From positions 46,295 to 110,294 of the forward strand of contig NZ_JAGOGJ010000006.1 in the NCBI RefSeq assembly GCF_017996735.1: a DNA stretch of 64,000 nucleotides, read 5' to 3'. The stretch comes from Niveispirillum sp. (GTDB taxonomy: Bacteria > Pseudomonadota > Alphaproteobacteria > Azospirillales > Azospirillaceae). Under the pieces are notes generated by a model, which saw only the letters and a program-made list of their open reading frames with translations, ran no database searches and had not been told where the DNA came from. Numbering within the stretch: position 1 is the stretch's first letter; each line of letters begins with the position of its first letter. The position numbers and the translations under genes are program-made. Of the stretch, positions 56,471-64,000 are shown one piece after another.

Positions 56471-57568
56471 GTGGCCGCTCGCCTGTCGCGTCGTATGCTG
56501 TTGACGGCCGCCCTGACCGGGTTGGCGCCGATGCCACGTGTGGTGGCAGGTCACGCCCGCCTGCGCGTCGGTTTCGTCAATCCCGGCCGGGCTGGTGACC
56601 GGTTCTGGCAGATGGTCCACCAGGCTCTGCTGACGGCCGCCAGCCATTTCAACATCGAAATAATCACCGAATTCGCAGAACGAGATCGGCACCGGATCAT
56701 TTCCGCTGGTCGGGATATCCTGACCCAGCGGCCCGATTACATGCTGATCGTGAACGAACATCGCACGGCCGTGCCCCTGATGACCGCAGCCCTGGAAGCC
56801 AGTGTGCCCTGCATGCTGGTGTTGAGCGGCCTGACGGCGGAGGACATAGCCGTGCTGGGCCGCCCCCGCGAACGGTCGCCGCTGTTCCTGGGCAGTTTGC
56901 TGGCCGACAATTTCGGGGCTGGAGCCTTCATGGCCCGCGCGCTGCTGGCCGATTGCCGGCACCGGCATGGAACAGAAAGCCCCGTTCCGCTGCTGGCACT
57001 GGGTGGGGTGGCGGCAACACCGGCGGGACGGGAACGGCTGGACGGGCTGCAACAGGTAGTGGCCATGGATGGCGCGGCACATTTGCTGGACAGCGTCACC
57101 TTGAACTGGAGCCGGGATGAGGCACGCGACCGCGCGGCGTCGCTGCTGCGCCGGCAGCCGCAGACACGCGGCATCTGGTGCGCCAACGACGACATGGCGC
57201 TGGGCGCGCTGGATGCCTTGACGTCCCTGGGCATGGAACCGGGGCGCGACGTTTCGGTCGTGGGCCTGAACTGGCAGGAGGAGGCGCTGCACGAGGTGGC
57301 GGCCGGCCGTGTCGTCCTGTCCATGGGCGGGCATTTCCTGCTGGGGGCCTGGGCGCTGGCCATGGTGCGCGATCTGGCCGACGGCAAGGATTTCGCGGAG
57401 GCCGGGGGCACGGAGCAGTATCTGAGCCTGTCCCCCCTGCGCCGGGAACAGGTCGGCCCCTATCTGGCCCGGTTCGGCGGTGACGGCTGGTCACGCATCG
57501 ATTTCAACCGGCTGCGGCAGCACAAGGGACGGTACGATCTGTCGGTCGGTTCGGTGCTGACGGTTTGA
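56471..57568 (+). CDS. Orphan periplasmic sugar-binding-fold protein (start uncertain)
   Basis: SRRMLL Tat-like signal, GFVNPG...FW, IWCANDDMALGA, SMGGHF. Confidence 0.8.
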   Translation: MAARLSRRMLLTAALTGLAPMPRVVAGHARLRVGFVNPGRAGDRFWQMVHQALLTAASHFNIEIITEFAERDRHRIISAGRDILTQRPDYMLIVNEHRTAVPLMTAALEASVPCMLVLSGLTAEDIAVLGRPRERSPLFLGSLLADNFGAGAFMARALLADCRHRHGTESPVPLLALGGVAATPAGRERLDGLQQVVAMDGAAHLLDSVTLNWSRDEARDRAASLLRRQPQTRGIWCANDDMALGALDALTSLGMEPGRDVSVVGLNWQEEALHEVAAGRVVLSMGGHFLLGAWALAMVRDLADGKDFAEAGGTEQYLSLSPLRREQVGPYLARFGGDGWSRIDFNRLRQHKGRYDLSVGSVLTV

Positions 57569-57613
57569 CCGCCACGGGATAGGCTGCACGCCCTTTCCCA
57601 TCACCAAGGTCCG

Positions 57614-58135
57614 TTGCCCGTGCGCCCCGTGTCCGCCATTCTGATCCTGTTCCTGGCCCTGCTGGTGGCCGCGCCGGCACAGGCCGCTCCCGGCAAGGGG
57701 GACGACGTCCAGCGGCTGGAAAAGGCCCGTATCCTGATGGAATTGTCGGGCAGCCAGGCGCTGGCCGACCAGACCCTGCTGGCCGTCACCCGCCAGGCAG
57801 AGGAACTGATGGCCCATGAGAATCCGGGACGGGAGGCGGAGGTGACGGCCCTGGTGCGCGACCATTTCCTGCCCAAGGCGCGCGCCGCCCTGCCGGACCT
57901 GTCGCGCGGCATCACGGGCCTTTACGCCGCCCATTTCACGGCCGCCGAACTGGACCAGATGATCGGCTTCTACCGGTCGCCGGCGGGGCGGAAGCTGGTG
58001 GCCCTGTCCCCCATCATCATTGAACAGAGCATGTCGCTGGGTCAGGCCTGGGCCGAGGGGGTTGCCGACCGGGCCTGGGACAGTTTCACCAGGGCCGCGC
58101 GTGACCGCGGCCTGGCGATCCCAAAACAGCTTTGA
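57614..58135 (+). CDS. DUF2059 domain exported protein
   Basis: Signal peptide; YAAHFTAAELDQMIGFYRSPAGRKL. Confidence 0.85.
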   Translation: MPVRPVSAILILFLALLVAAPAQAAPGKGDDVQRLEKARILMELSGSQALADQTLLAVTRQAEELMAHENPGREAEVTALVRDHFLPKARAALPDLSRGITGLYAAHFTAAELDQMIGFYRSPAGRKLVALSPIIIEQSMSLGQAWAEGVADRAWDSFTRAARDRGLAIPKQL

Positions 58136-58275
58136 GCCTAATACCATGTGTGGACGGCCCGTTGGGAACAAGGGGTAGGCGAGATGATTTGTTCGGGTCG
58201 AATGCGTTCATGTGTCCGGCCTTTTTGAGCGGCCCATGACCGCTGGCCCAGATGGGTTCCGCCAAGCGACTTCCA

Positions 58276-58304
58276 AACAACGGTCAAGAATTTTGACCGT
58301 TAGT
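58276..58304. repeat. 29-bp imperfect palindrome, copy 3
   Basis: AACAACGGTCA-AGAATTT-TGACCGTTAGT between convergent genes. Confidence 0.55.
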
Positions 58305-58305
58305 A

Positions 58306-59208
58306 TTACCCCTTCACCGCCCTTACCGGCGGCATGGCGTTGCAGACATCGGTGTGGCCAGACGCGCGGATGAAGAAATCATCCTGGCGGAAACGGCGGG
58401 CGTCGCGCCATTGGGTATAGGTCGCACTCTGTCCGGACAGGACCTCGATCTTCTCCCGCTCCGCCTCCGGCACATCGGCGGCCAGACGTACGGATGTGAT
58501 GGGCACGCGCTGTTCCACCTTCTCATAGAAGCCCAGCGTGCCCGTGCCGCGCGGCAGCGCCGTCAGCAGTTCCATACCCTTCAGCACGCGGCCCACCAGG
58601 GTGATGATCCGGTCCAGCGGGCGCGGCGAATGGCCGATCACCGTGTACAGTTCGGCCCCGCTGCCACTATCCAGGGCCAAGCCGCGCCCGACGCCGACAA
58701 TGCCATAGCAATGTGTCATCCAGGCCTCCCCCGTCTTGGGATCACGGGCGGCGGGGAAGATGTCGGAGATGCCAACCTCCGGCGCATAGGCATCGGGGTC
58801 GGGCAGCCTGGCAAAGGGCAGGGTCCTGGCCCCGTCCTTGACCGTGAATTCCGGGGCCAGCTTTTCCAGCGCCGTCTTCATCGGTTTGGGCGTTTCTTCG
58901 GGCATGCCCCATTGGGTGACGTAATTATCCTGCACGCGGACGATGAAGGTCCCCTCGTACCAGTTTTCCCGCGCCAGCTTGCGCATGTTCTCCACATGCA
59001 CGGGGGCGAAAGCGGGGGCCAGTTCGATCACCACACGACCGCCGGGCAGGTCCATATAGAAAGTGTTCTCCGGCACCGGCGCCCGCCAATCGCCGGCGGG
59101 CGATGCCGCCAGCACCTCCGCCGGCGTCGGGCGCTTGGGCGCCTCCTGGGCGGCTGTAGGCAGGGACAGGGCCAGCAGGGCGGCCGTGGCAAGCAGGGTC
59201 AGGCGCAT
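58306..59208 (-). CDS. Exported cyclophilin-type peptidyl-prolyl isomerase
   Basis: Signal peptide; [42 protein letters not shown]. Confidence 0.85.
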   Translation of the reverse strand: MRLTLLATAALLALSLPTAAQEAPKRPTPAEVLAASPAGDWRAPVPENTFYMDLPGGRVVIELAPAFAPVHVENMRKLARENWYEGTFIVRVQDNYVTQWGMPEETPKPMKTALEKLAPEFTVKDGARTLPFARLPDPDAYAPEVGISDIFPAARDPKTGEAWMTHCYGIVGVGRGLALDSGSGAELYTVIGHSPRPLDRIITLVGRVLKGMELLTALPRGTGTLGFYEKVEQRVPITSVRLAADVPEAEREKIEVLSGQSATYTQWRDARRFRQDDFFIRASGHTDVCNAMPPVRAVKG

Positions 59209-59266
59209 GGGGCTTCTTCTTTATGGATTGCCGAGGGCGGCAGCATCCCAGAAGCCCCCGGTCCCA

Positions 59267-60535
59267 TCAAGGGGCGCTGACCACCTTGCCCGTGAACGGG
59301 TTCCAGCCCTGGGCCGCCAGCACCGCCCAGGCCGTGGCACCCAGATGCGGCTGCCGGTAATAGAAGAAGTCGGCTTCCCGGCTGTCGGGTCCGATGGCGA
59401 AACCAGTGGAAACCTTGTTGCCGCGCGTGGCCCAGAGATAGCCGCCGGGGCTGATATCATAGACCAGCGTGGCCAGAAGCCTTTCCGCCCGATCCTGGTC
59501 GCCAATGGCGGCCCAGGACAGGGCCGCCTGCGCCGTGCCCTCCACCCAGACCCCGTCACGGTCGCCGTTGAAATCATAGCCGCCGGCCACGGCATGCACC
59601 TTGTCGGCCCGGTCCAGTCCCCGGCCCCACTCACGCGGCGACTCGGGCAGCAGCAGCGGCCACAGCAAAGCGTCCAGACCGGAATTGCCGTCATTGACCG
59701 TCAGGCCATCGGGCAGGGTGCCGGTCGGGAAATAGCCGGCATCCGCCCGCCACATCGCCTTCAGAAAGCCCAGTGCCGTCGCCTTGCCGGCCGCCCAGTC
59801 GCCCCCCGGCACACCGGCCCGTTCCAGCCAACCGAACAGGGCAACAAGGTCGGTATTATGCTCCACCGATTTCCAGGTCAGGGCCTGTGCCCCCACCCCG
59901 TCGCCATGCACCCCACCCGTGAAGCCGCCCGGCCCCTTGTTGTCGCTTGTATTGGCCAGGACCCAGGCGCCCAGTTTCGCCGCCCCCGCGCGGTATTTCG
60001 GCTCGTTCAACGCATCGGCCAGCGTCAGCAGCGCCAGCCCCGCCCAGGCGACATTGCCGGTGGCGGTGCCGACCTGATAGGCATCCTCCTCCCAGCGCTG
60101 CGCCTTCTGGTTCCACCAGCCATTGGGCGGGATGGGGAATTCCTGCTGCGGCCCGGCGCGATAGGTGGTGCGCAGCCGACCCTGCGGCCCCGCCCGGTCG
60201 CTGTCGACCGCCGACAGCAGCGCGTCGCCGATACGCCTTGCCTTGCCCGCGCGGCGGCAGGCGACCAGGGCGATGGTGGCCAGCGCATTATCATAGGTGA
60301 AGGCGGCATTCTTCAGTGCATCGTCGGCGGGGGCCCCAGCCCCCGAGGGATGATCGAAACTGCGCAGAAAGGCCGGCCCCTTGCCCGGTAAGGCATCGAT
60401 CGCCACCGTCAACGACCCGCACAGCCGGCTTTCCAGCAGGGCCGCCGGCTTCGGCGCCCCCTCCCCCGGTCCCGCCGCACAGGCGGGCAGGGTCAGGCAG
60501 GCAACCAGCAGGGAGGCGATGCACCGGCGTATCAT
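59267..60535 (-). CDS. Exported hypothetical protein, possibly six-hairpin glycosidase-like
   Basis: Signal peptide; AFTYDNALA, TGNVAWAGLAL, WKSVEHNTD, VWVEGTAQAAL helical-repeat motifs; family not confirmed. Confidence 0.55.
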   Translation of the reverse strand: MIRRCIASLLVACLTLPACAAGPGEGAPKPAALLESRLCGSLTVAIDALPGKGPAFLRSFDHPSGAGAPADDALKNAAFTYDNALATIALVACRRAGKARRIGDALLSAVDSDRAGPQGRLRTTYRAGPQQEFPIPPNGWWNQKAQRWEEDAYQVGTATGNVAWAGLALLTLADALNEPKYRAGAAKLGAWVLANTSDNKGPGGFTGGVHGDGVGAQALTWKSVEHNTDLVALFGWLERAGVPGGDWAAGKATALGFLKAMWRADAGYFPTGTLPDGLTVNDGNSGLDALLWPLLLPESPREWGRGLDRADKVHAVAGGYDFNGDRDGVWVEGTAQAALSWAAIGDQDRAERLLATLVYDISPGGYLWATRGNKVSTGFAIGPDSREADFFYYRQPHLGATAWAVLAAQGWNPFTGKVVSAP

Positions 60536-60924
60536 TCGGCGCGCTTGGGCGGCAGAAGGGAATCGATCGGCAGGCGCAATGCCCCGGCAATGCGGGTAAT
60601 GGCATCAAGGCTTCCTGTCTTGCGACCCGCCTCGATCTCACAGAGGTAAGAGGCTGAGACGCCAGCCGACTGCGCCAGGGCCTGCTGGGTCAAGCCCCGG
60701 TACTGCCGGAAGGCTCGGACCGGCTGCATGCCATCGATAATCTGTTCCACCAGCTCAATGGGGAATGCCTCTTCCTCTCCGCGTTGCAGGCGGGCCAGGG
60801 CTTCCCGGCTTTCCACGAGGTCCTGTGCGTCCTCCAACGCTTCCAGAAGTGCTTCATAGTCGGCTCGGTGAAGGGTCACCGTCTCCGCATCCTGATGCAC
60901 CGGGTGCAATGTGAAGGCATTCAT
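60532..60924 (-). CDS. XRE-family HTH antitoxin
   Basis: YEALLEALEDAQD acidic segment; RAFRQYRGLTQQALAQSAGVSASYLCEIEAGRKTGS. Confidence 0.85.
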   Translation of the reverse strand: MNAFTLHPVHQDAETVTLHRADYEALLEALEDAQDLVESREALARLQRGEEEAFPIELVEQIIDGMQPVRAFRQYRGLTQQALAQSAGVSASYLCEIEAGRKTGSLDAITRIAGALRLPIDSLLPPKRAE

Positions 60925-61171
60925 CGGTAAACCTCCCGACGGTTGCCGACCTGGGTGATCGTGACCGTCATGACACCATTGTCGATCGGGTACAGCGCGC
61001 GCCAATCCCCGTGCCGGATGCGGCCGGCACCATCGCCGAAGGACTTTGCCCAGGGATGCCGGGCATAAGGATCGGCGGCGAATAGGTACAGTTTCTCCAG
61101 CATCGCCTTCGCATCATGCTTGGGCATGCCCAGAAGGTCTTCTGCGCAGCGGACAGGATAATCAGCTTCAT
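60921..61171 (-). pseudogene. RelE/ParE-family toxin with a probable 1-bp deletion near 61139
   Basis: MKLIILSAAQK in one frame, continuing LLGMPKHDAKAMLEKL...RIRHGDWRALY...VGNRREVYR in another; span is 251 nt (one short of a multiple of 3). Confidence 0.75.
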
Positions 61172-61173
61172 CC

Positions 61174-61204
61174 CCATCATCTTCGCCAATAGCGAAGATG
61201 ATGG
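61174..61204. promoter_or_regulatory. Perfect 13-bp inverted repeat directly upstream of the toxin start (candidate TA operator or hairpin)
   Basis: CCATCATCTTCGC-CAATA-GCGAAGATGATGG. Confidence 0.55.
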
Positions 61205-61216
61205 CAAGAGAGGATC

Positions 61217-61825
61217 CTATCCCCGGACCCTCAGCCCCGCCGCCAGTGTCTCCACCAGTTCGGCCATCATCAGTTCGGGGTCGGCGCTGCTGACCGGGGC
61301 CAGGTTGCCGGAGACGATACCTTCCACCAGGCCGTTCACGGCGGCCCAGGTGGTGGCGGCCGCCCGTTCCAGCCGGTCGGGGCTGGCATGGGGGATCAGG
61401 GGGGCCACCGCCATCTCGATCCCCCGCCGCAGCCGCACAATCCGTTCCAGCAGCCAGTCGGGCAGCGGTTCGGTCAGGACGGGCGGGCGGTTGTCGATCA
61501 GGGTCTGGAACAGGTTCAGGTTGGAGCGCGCGAAGGTCAGATAGGCATTGGCCAGCGCCAGCAACCGCGTTTCGACGGCGGCGTCGGGCGGAACGGCATC
61601 ATCCGCCGCCGCCATCACCACCTGCAACCGGTCCAGCAGTTCGGCATTCAGGTGAAGGCGCACCGTATCCAGATTGGGATAAAGGTTGTAGAGTGTTCCA
61701 ACGGAACAACCCACAGCCTGGGCCAAAGTCCTTGCTGTCAGGGCGGCCAATCCGTGGTCGGCGACGAGCTTGCGCGCCTCATGCAGGACGGCTTTGGCGA
61801 GTTCGGCACGCGGCTGACGGCTCAT
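61217..61825 (-). CDS. TetR/AcrR family regulator (WHG-type C-terminal domain)
   Basis: GLAALTARTLAQAVGCSVGTLYNLYPNLD; TWAAVNG. Confidence 0.9.
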   Translation of the reverse strand: MSRQPRAELAKAVLHEARKLVADHGLAALTARTLAQAVGCSVGTLYNLYPNLDTVRLHLNAELLDRLQVVMAAADDAVPPDAAVETRLLALANAYLTFARSNLNLFQTLIDNRPPVLTEPLPDWLLERIVRLRRGIEMAVAPLIPHASPDRLERAAATTWAAVNGLVEGIVSGNLAPVSSADPELMMAELVETLAAGLRVRG

Positions 61826-62070
61826 CGGCGATTTTTCCCTGACTTTCCCTGGATTTGGCCCCGGTCGACACTATGTTTAACACGGATGTCTTGTTTTCAA
61901 TCGACCTTTGTCCGGATAGTCATGTTACCCGTGCTCACGGCAAAAGGCTGCCACGGCAGACCTGCATATTGATGACACCGATGCACTGACGTAAAACCGT
62001 CGCGGATTCTACAAGCCTTTGCACCCGGCCCCGGTGGGAAACACCGCGGCCTTTCCCACCGGAACCCCAA

Positions 62071-64000
62071 ATGGCCCCCTACGATCAAGCCCCGAGCGAG
62101 CGCCTGTCCTTCCTCTTCGGCGCCAACGGCACCTTCATCGCGGAACTCTACGCCCGTTACCGGCAGGACCCGAATTCGGTCGATGCCAGTTGGCAGTCCT
62201 TCTTCGCCGAATTGGGCGATGACGGTCACGCCATCCTGGCCGAACTGAACGGTGCTTCCTGGGCGAAGACGACTGCCAAGGTGATCGGGGCCGCCGATCC
62301 GGACGCCCCGCCGCCGGCCAAGCCCGGCAAGGGTGACAAGGCAGCCCCGACCCCGGCCGCCGCCGCCCCGGTGGTTCAGGGCTTTACGCCCGAACAGGTG
62401 CGCGCCGCCCAGCTTGACAGCCTGCGCGCCCTGATGCTGATCCGTAACTACCGTGTCCGCGGCCATCTGCTGGCCAAGCTGGACCCGCTGGGCATGGACA
62501 AGCGGGCCGAGCATGCGGAGCTGGATTACCGCCATCACGGCTTCACCGACGCCGACCTGGACCGCCCGATCTTCATCAACAATGTGCTGGGGATGGAAAC
62601 CGCCACCCTGCGCCAGATCGTGGACGCGGTGCAGCGCACCTATTGCGGCTCCATCGGTGTGGAGTTCATGCATATCCAGGACCCGGAGCAGAAGGCCTGG
62701 ATCCAGGAGCGCATCGAAGGTATCCGCAATCAGACCGACTTCACCATCAATGGCAAGAAGGCCATCCTGCAGCGCCTGACGGCGGCGGAAGGGTTTGAGC
62801 GCTTCTGCCAGGTGAAGTGGACGGGCACCAAGCGTTTCGGCCTGGAAGGCGGCGAAGTGCTGGTGCCGGCCATCGAGCAGGTGATGAAGCGCGGCGGCCA
62901 GATGGGCCTGAAGGAGATCGTGCTGGGCATGGCCCATCGCGGCCGCCTGAACGTGCTGGCCAATGTCATGGGCAAGCCCTTCAAGGCCATCTTCAGCGAG
63001 TTCCAGGGCAACCCCGCGAACCCCGAGGACGTCCAGGGCTCCGGCGACGTGAAGTACCATATGGGTACCTCCAGCGACCGTGACTTCGACGGCAACACGA
63101 TCCACCTGTCACTGTCGCCCAACCCGTCGCACCTGGAAGTCGTGAACCCGGTCGTCTGCGGCCGCGTGCGCGCCAAGCAGTGCCAGATCTCCGGTCAGGT
63201 GCCGCCGTCGGACGAAAGCCGTTCCAACGTGCTGGGTGTGCTGCTGCATGGCGACGCCGCCTTCGCGGGCCAGGGTCTGGTGCCGGAAACGCTGCTGCTG
63301 TCCGAACTGAAGGGTTACCGCACGGGCGGTATCATCCATTTCATCATCAACAACCAGATCGGTTTCACCACCGCCCCGCAATACAGCCGTTCCGGCCCGT
63401 ATCCGACGGAAGTGGCCAAGTCGATCCAGGCCCCGATCTTCCATGTGAACGGCGACGATCCCGAAGCCGTCATCCATGTCAGCCGCATCGCCATCGAATT
63501 CCGTCAGAAGTTCCTGAAGGATGTCGTGGTCGATATCGTCTGCTATCGCCGCCAGGGCCACAATGAAGGCGACGAGCCGGCATTCACCCAGCCGCTGATG
63601 TACAAGACCATCGCCAAGCAGACCACCACCCGCGCGCTCTATGCGCAGCAGTTGGTGAATGAGGGCGTGATCAGCCAGGCCGAGGGCGACGCCTATGTCG
63701 CCGAATTCACTGCCCAGATGGAGCAGGAATTCCAGGCCGCCACCTCCTACAAGCCCAACAAGGCCGACTGGCTGGAAGGCAAGTGGTCGGGCCTGACCCC
63801 GGCCCCGGCCGATGTGGCGCGCGGCAGCACCGCCGTCGGACTGGATGTGTTGAAGGAAGTGGGTCTGGCGCTCTGCAAGACGCCCGCCGACTTCAACGTC
63901 AATTCCAAGGTTGCGCGTCAGTTGAAGGCCAAGCAGGACGCCATCCTGTCCGGCGAGGGTATTGATTGGGCCACGGCGGAAGCTCTGGCCTTCGGTACCC
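62071..64000 (+). CDS. sucA: 2-oxoglutarate dehydrogenase E1, 3' truncated by the window (absent from the ORF track)
   Basis: SFLFGANGTFIAELYARY, YRVRGHL, TKRFGLEGGE, GMAHRGRLNVL, GDVKYHMG, HGDAAFAGQG, RRQGHNEGDEP. Confidence 0.97.
   Translation, partial: MAPYDQAPSERLSFLFGANGTFIAELYARYRQDPNSVDASWQSFFAELGDDGHAILAELNGASWAKTTAKVIGAADPDAPPPAKPGKGDKAAPTPAAAAPVVQGFTPEQVRAAQLDSLRALMLIRNYRVRGHLLAKLDPLGMDKRAEHAELDYRHHGFTDADLDRPIFINNVLGMETATLRQIVDAVQRTYCGSIGVEFMHIQDPEQKAWIQERIEGIRNQTDFTINGKKAILQRLTAAEGFERFCQVKWTGTKRFGLEGGEVLVPAIEQVMKRGGQMGLKEIVLGMAHRGRLNVLANVMGKPFKAIFSEFQGNPANPEDVQGSGDVKYHMGTSSDRDFDGNTIHLSLSPNPSHLEVVNPVVCGRVRAKQCQISGQVPPSDESRSNVLGVLLHGDAAFAGQGLVPETLLLSELKGYRTGGIIHFIINNQIGFTTAPQYSRSGPYPTEVAKSIQAPIFHVNGDDPEAVIHVSRIAIEFRQKFLKDVVVDIVCYRRQGHNEGDEPAFTQPLMYKTIAKQTTTRALYAQQLVNEGVISQAEGDAYVAEFTAQMEQEFQAATSYKPNKADWLEGKWSGLTPAPADVARGSTAVGLDVLKEVGLALCKTPADFNVNSKVARQLKAKQDAILSGEGIDWATAEALAFGT

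Noticed and set aside
1-64000. tRNA, rRNA, CRISPR arrays, IS transposases, dif or parS sites
   Set aside because: None recognised on manual reading; tRNAscan-SE, CRISPR finders and ISEScan would be needed to exclude them formally

Overview
GC-rich alphaproteobacterial chromosomal segment. A Rhodospirillales/Azospirillaceae-like origin is inferred from gene order, not proven. It is mostly core metabolism: phbA/phbB, aroB/aroK, xerD, a MoxR-DUF58-BatA cluster, scoAB, lysC, cvrA, a RamB/ScfR regulator, aceA, moeB, a regulatory PTS cluster (hprK-rapZ-EIIA-HPr-EI), mltA-tim44-fxsA, upp, ribA and the 5' part of sucA. Accessory inserts are interspersed. No rRNA, tRNA, CRISPR array or intact transposase was recognised. 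The best leads are: (1) about 320 nt of tandem hairpins after aceA, whose stem mismatches are mainly G-U on the + strand, followed by an unannotated 46-aa ORF with a strong SD and its own terminator; (2) a cytoplasmic flavin amino-acid-oxidase-like gene paired with a TPP 2-keto-acid decarboxylase; (3) a TonB receptor plus two VOC-fold paralogues (only one with a Tat signal) lying between RamB and aceA; (4) two small dispersed palindromic repeat families; (5) two decayed toxin-antitoxin modules that the ORF track misses or truncates. All family assignments come from motif recognition by eye; no database search was run.
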